Source: an uncultured Campylobacter sp. (GTDB taxonomy: Bacteria > Campylobacterota > Campylobacteria > Campylobacterales > Campylobacteraceae). From it: DNA of 64,000 bases. The position numbers and the translations under genes are program-made. Below, piece after piece: positions 63,559-64,000 of this stretch. Under the pieces are notes generated by a model. The model was not told the DNA's origin. It searched no databases and was given only the letters and a program-made list of their open reading frames with translations. Numbering within the stretch: position 1 is the first letter of the stretch; every line of letters starts with the position of its first letter. The stretch spans positions 2,326 to 66,325 of the forward strand of contig CAURVK010000002.1 of the NCBI GenBank assembly GCA_963528285.1. The letters are read 5' to 3'.

Positions 63559-64000
63559 ATGAAAATTTCTTACGTTTTGGCACTGGCCATGGCGTCAAAT
63601 TTGATGCTTAGCGCCGAGGAGACGATAAGCCTGAGTCCCGTTACCGTCTCGTCAAAAATGCAAAAATCAGCTCTAGACGAGCCTACAAACGCCCAAATAG
63701 CCGGAAAAGACGCGATACTGGAAAACAGCGACATCGCCAAATCGCTTTCAAATTTGAACGGCTTTACGATGGAGCGCAAAGGCGGAGGCGGCAGCGAGGT
63801 TTATTATCGCTCGCAAACGGCGGCTAGGCTGCCCGTACTTATCGACGGTAGCACGCTAAACGGCGGCTGCGGCATGCGCATGGATACGCCCATCACCTAC
63901 ATCTCGGCGCAAAACTACAGCTCGGTTCGTATCGTAAAAGGCCCGCAAGACGTCAGATACGGTGCGCTCATTAGCGGCGGTATATTTTTCGATAGGGAGA
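63559..64000 (+). CDS. TonB-dependent receptor, OprC/NosA copper-receptor type (partial, runs off window)
   Basis: AGGAG RBS; signal peptide MKISYVLALAM; plug motifs RKGGGG, GGCGMRMDTP, IVKGPQDVRYG. Confidence 0.8.
   Translation, partial: MKISYVLALAMASNLMLSAEETISLSPVTVSSKMQKSALDEPTNAQIAGKDAILENSDIAKSLSNLNGFTMERKGGGGSEVYYRSQTAARLPVLIDGSTLNGGCGMRMDTPITYISAQNYSSVRIVKGPQDVRYGALISGGIFFDRE

Overview
Chromosomal window of a Campylobacter species spanning the replication origin. Gene order and relatively GC-rich codon usage suggest an oral species of the C. showae/C. rectus type (inference). From left to right: (1) a 12-gene mcc sulfite-respiration locus (mccA-B-C-D, ccsA1, a Sel1 protein, NosL-type proteins, an FtsX/MacB-type ABC system and a Cys-rich membrane protein); (2) housekeeping genes (rluB, kdsD, rnj, rsmA, hisF, rlmN, purB, nrdA, tpx), interrupted by small AT-rich accessory genes: immunity-like genes, an orphan, and a SIR2-domain gene broken at an A8 tract; (3) a 52-aa stand-alone NrdD glycyl-radical peptide next to nrdG; (4) SRP RNA, queF, gyrB-dnaN-dnaA/ruvC with a bipartite oriC; (5) thyX, a BrnTA toxin-antitoxin pair, sigma54-driven flgE, a long palindromic element, an MBOAT/SGNH pair, ilvD, yedE/yedF, an Fe-ADH, cydAB with small partners, pyrG, recJ and the start of an OprC-like TonB receptor. 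Two perfect parS palindromes lie inside coding sequences. No CRISPR array, transposase, tRNA or rRNA gene was recognised. All family calls come from motif recognition by eye, not from database searches.
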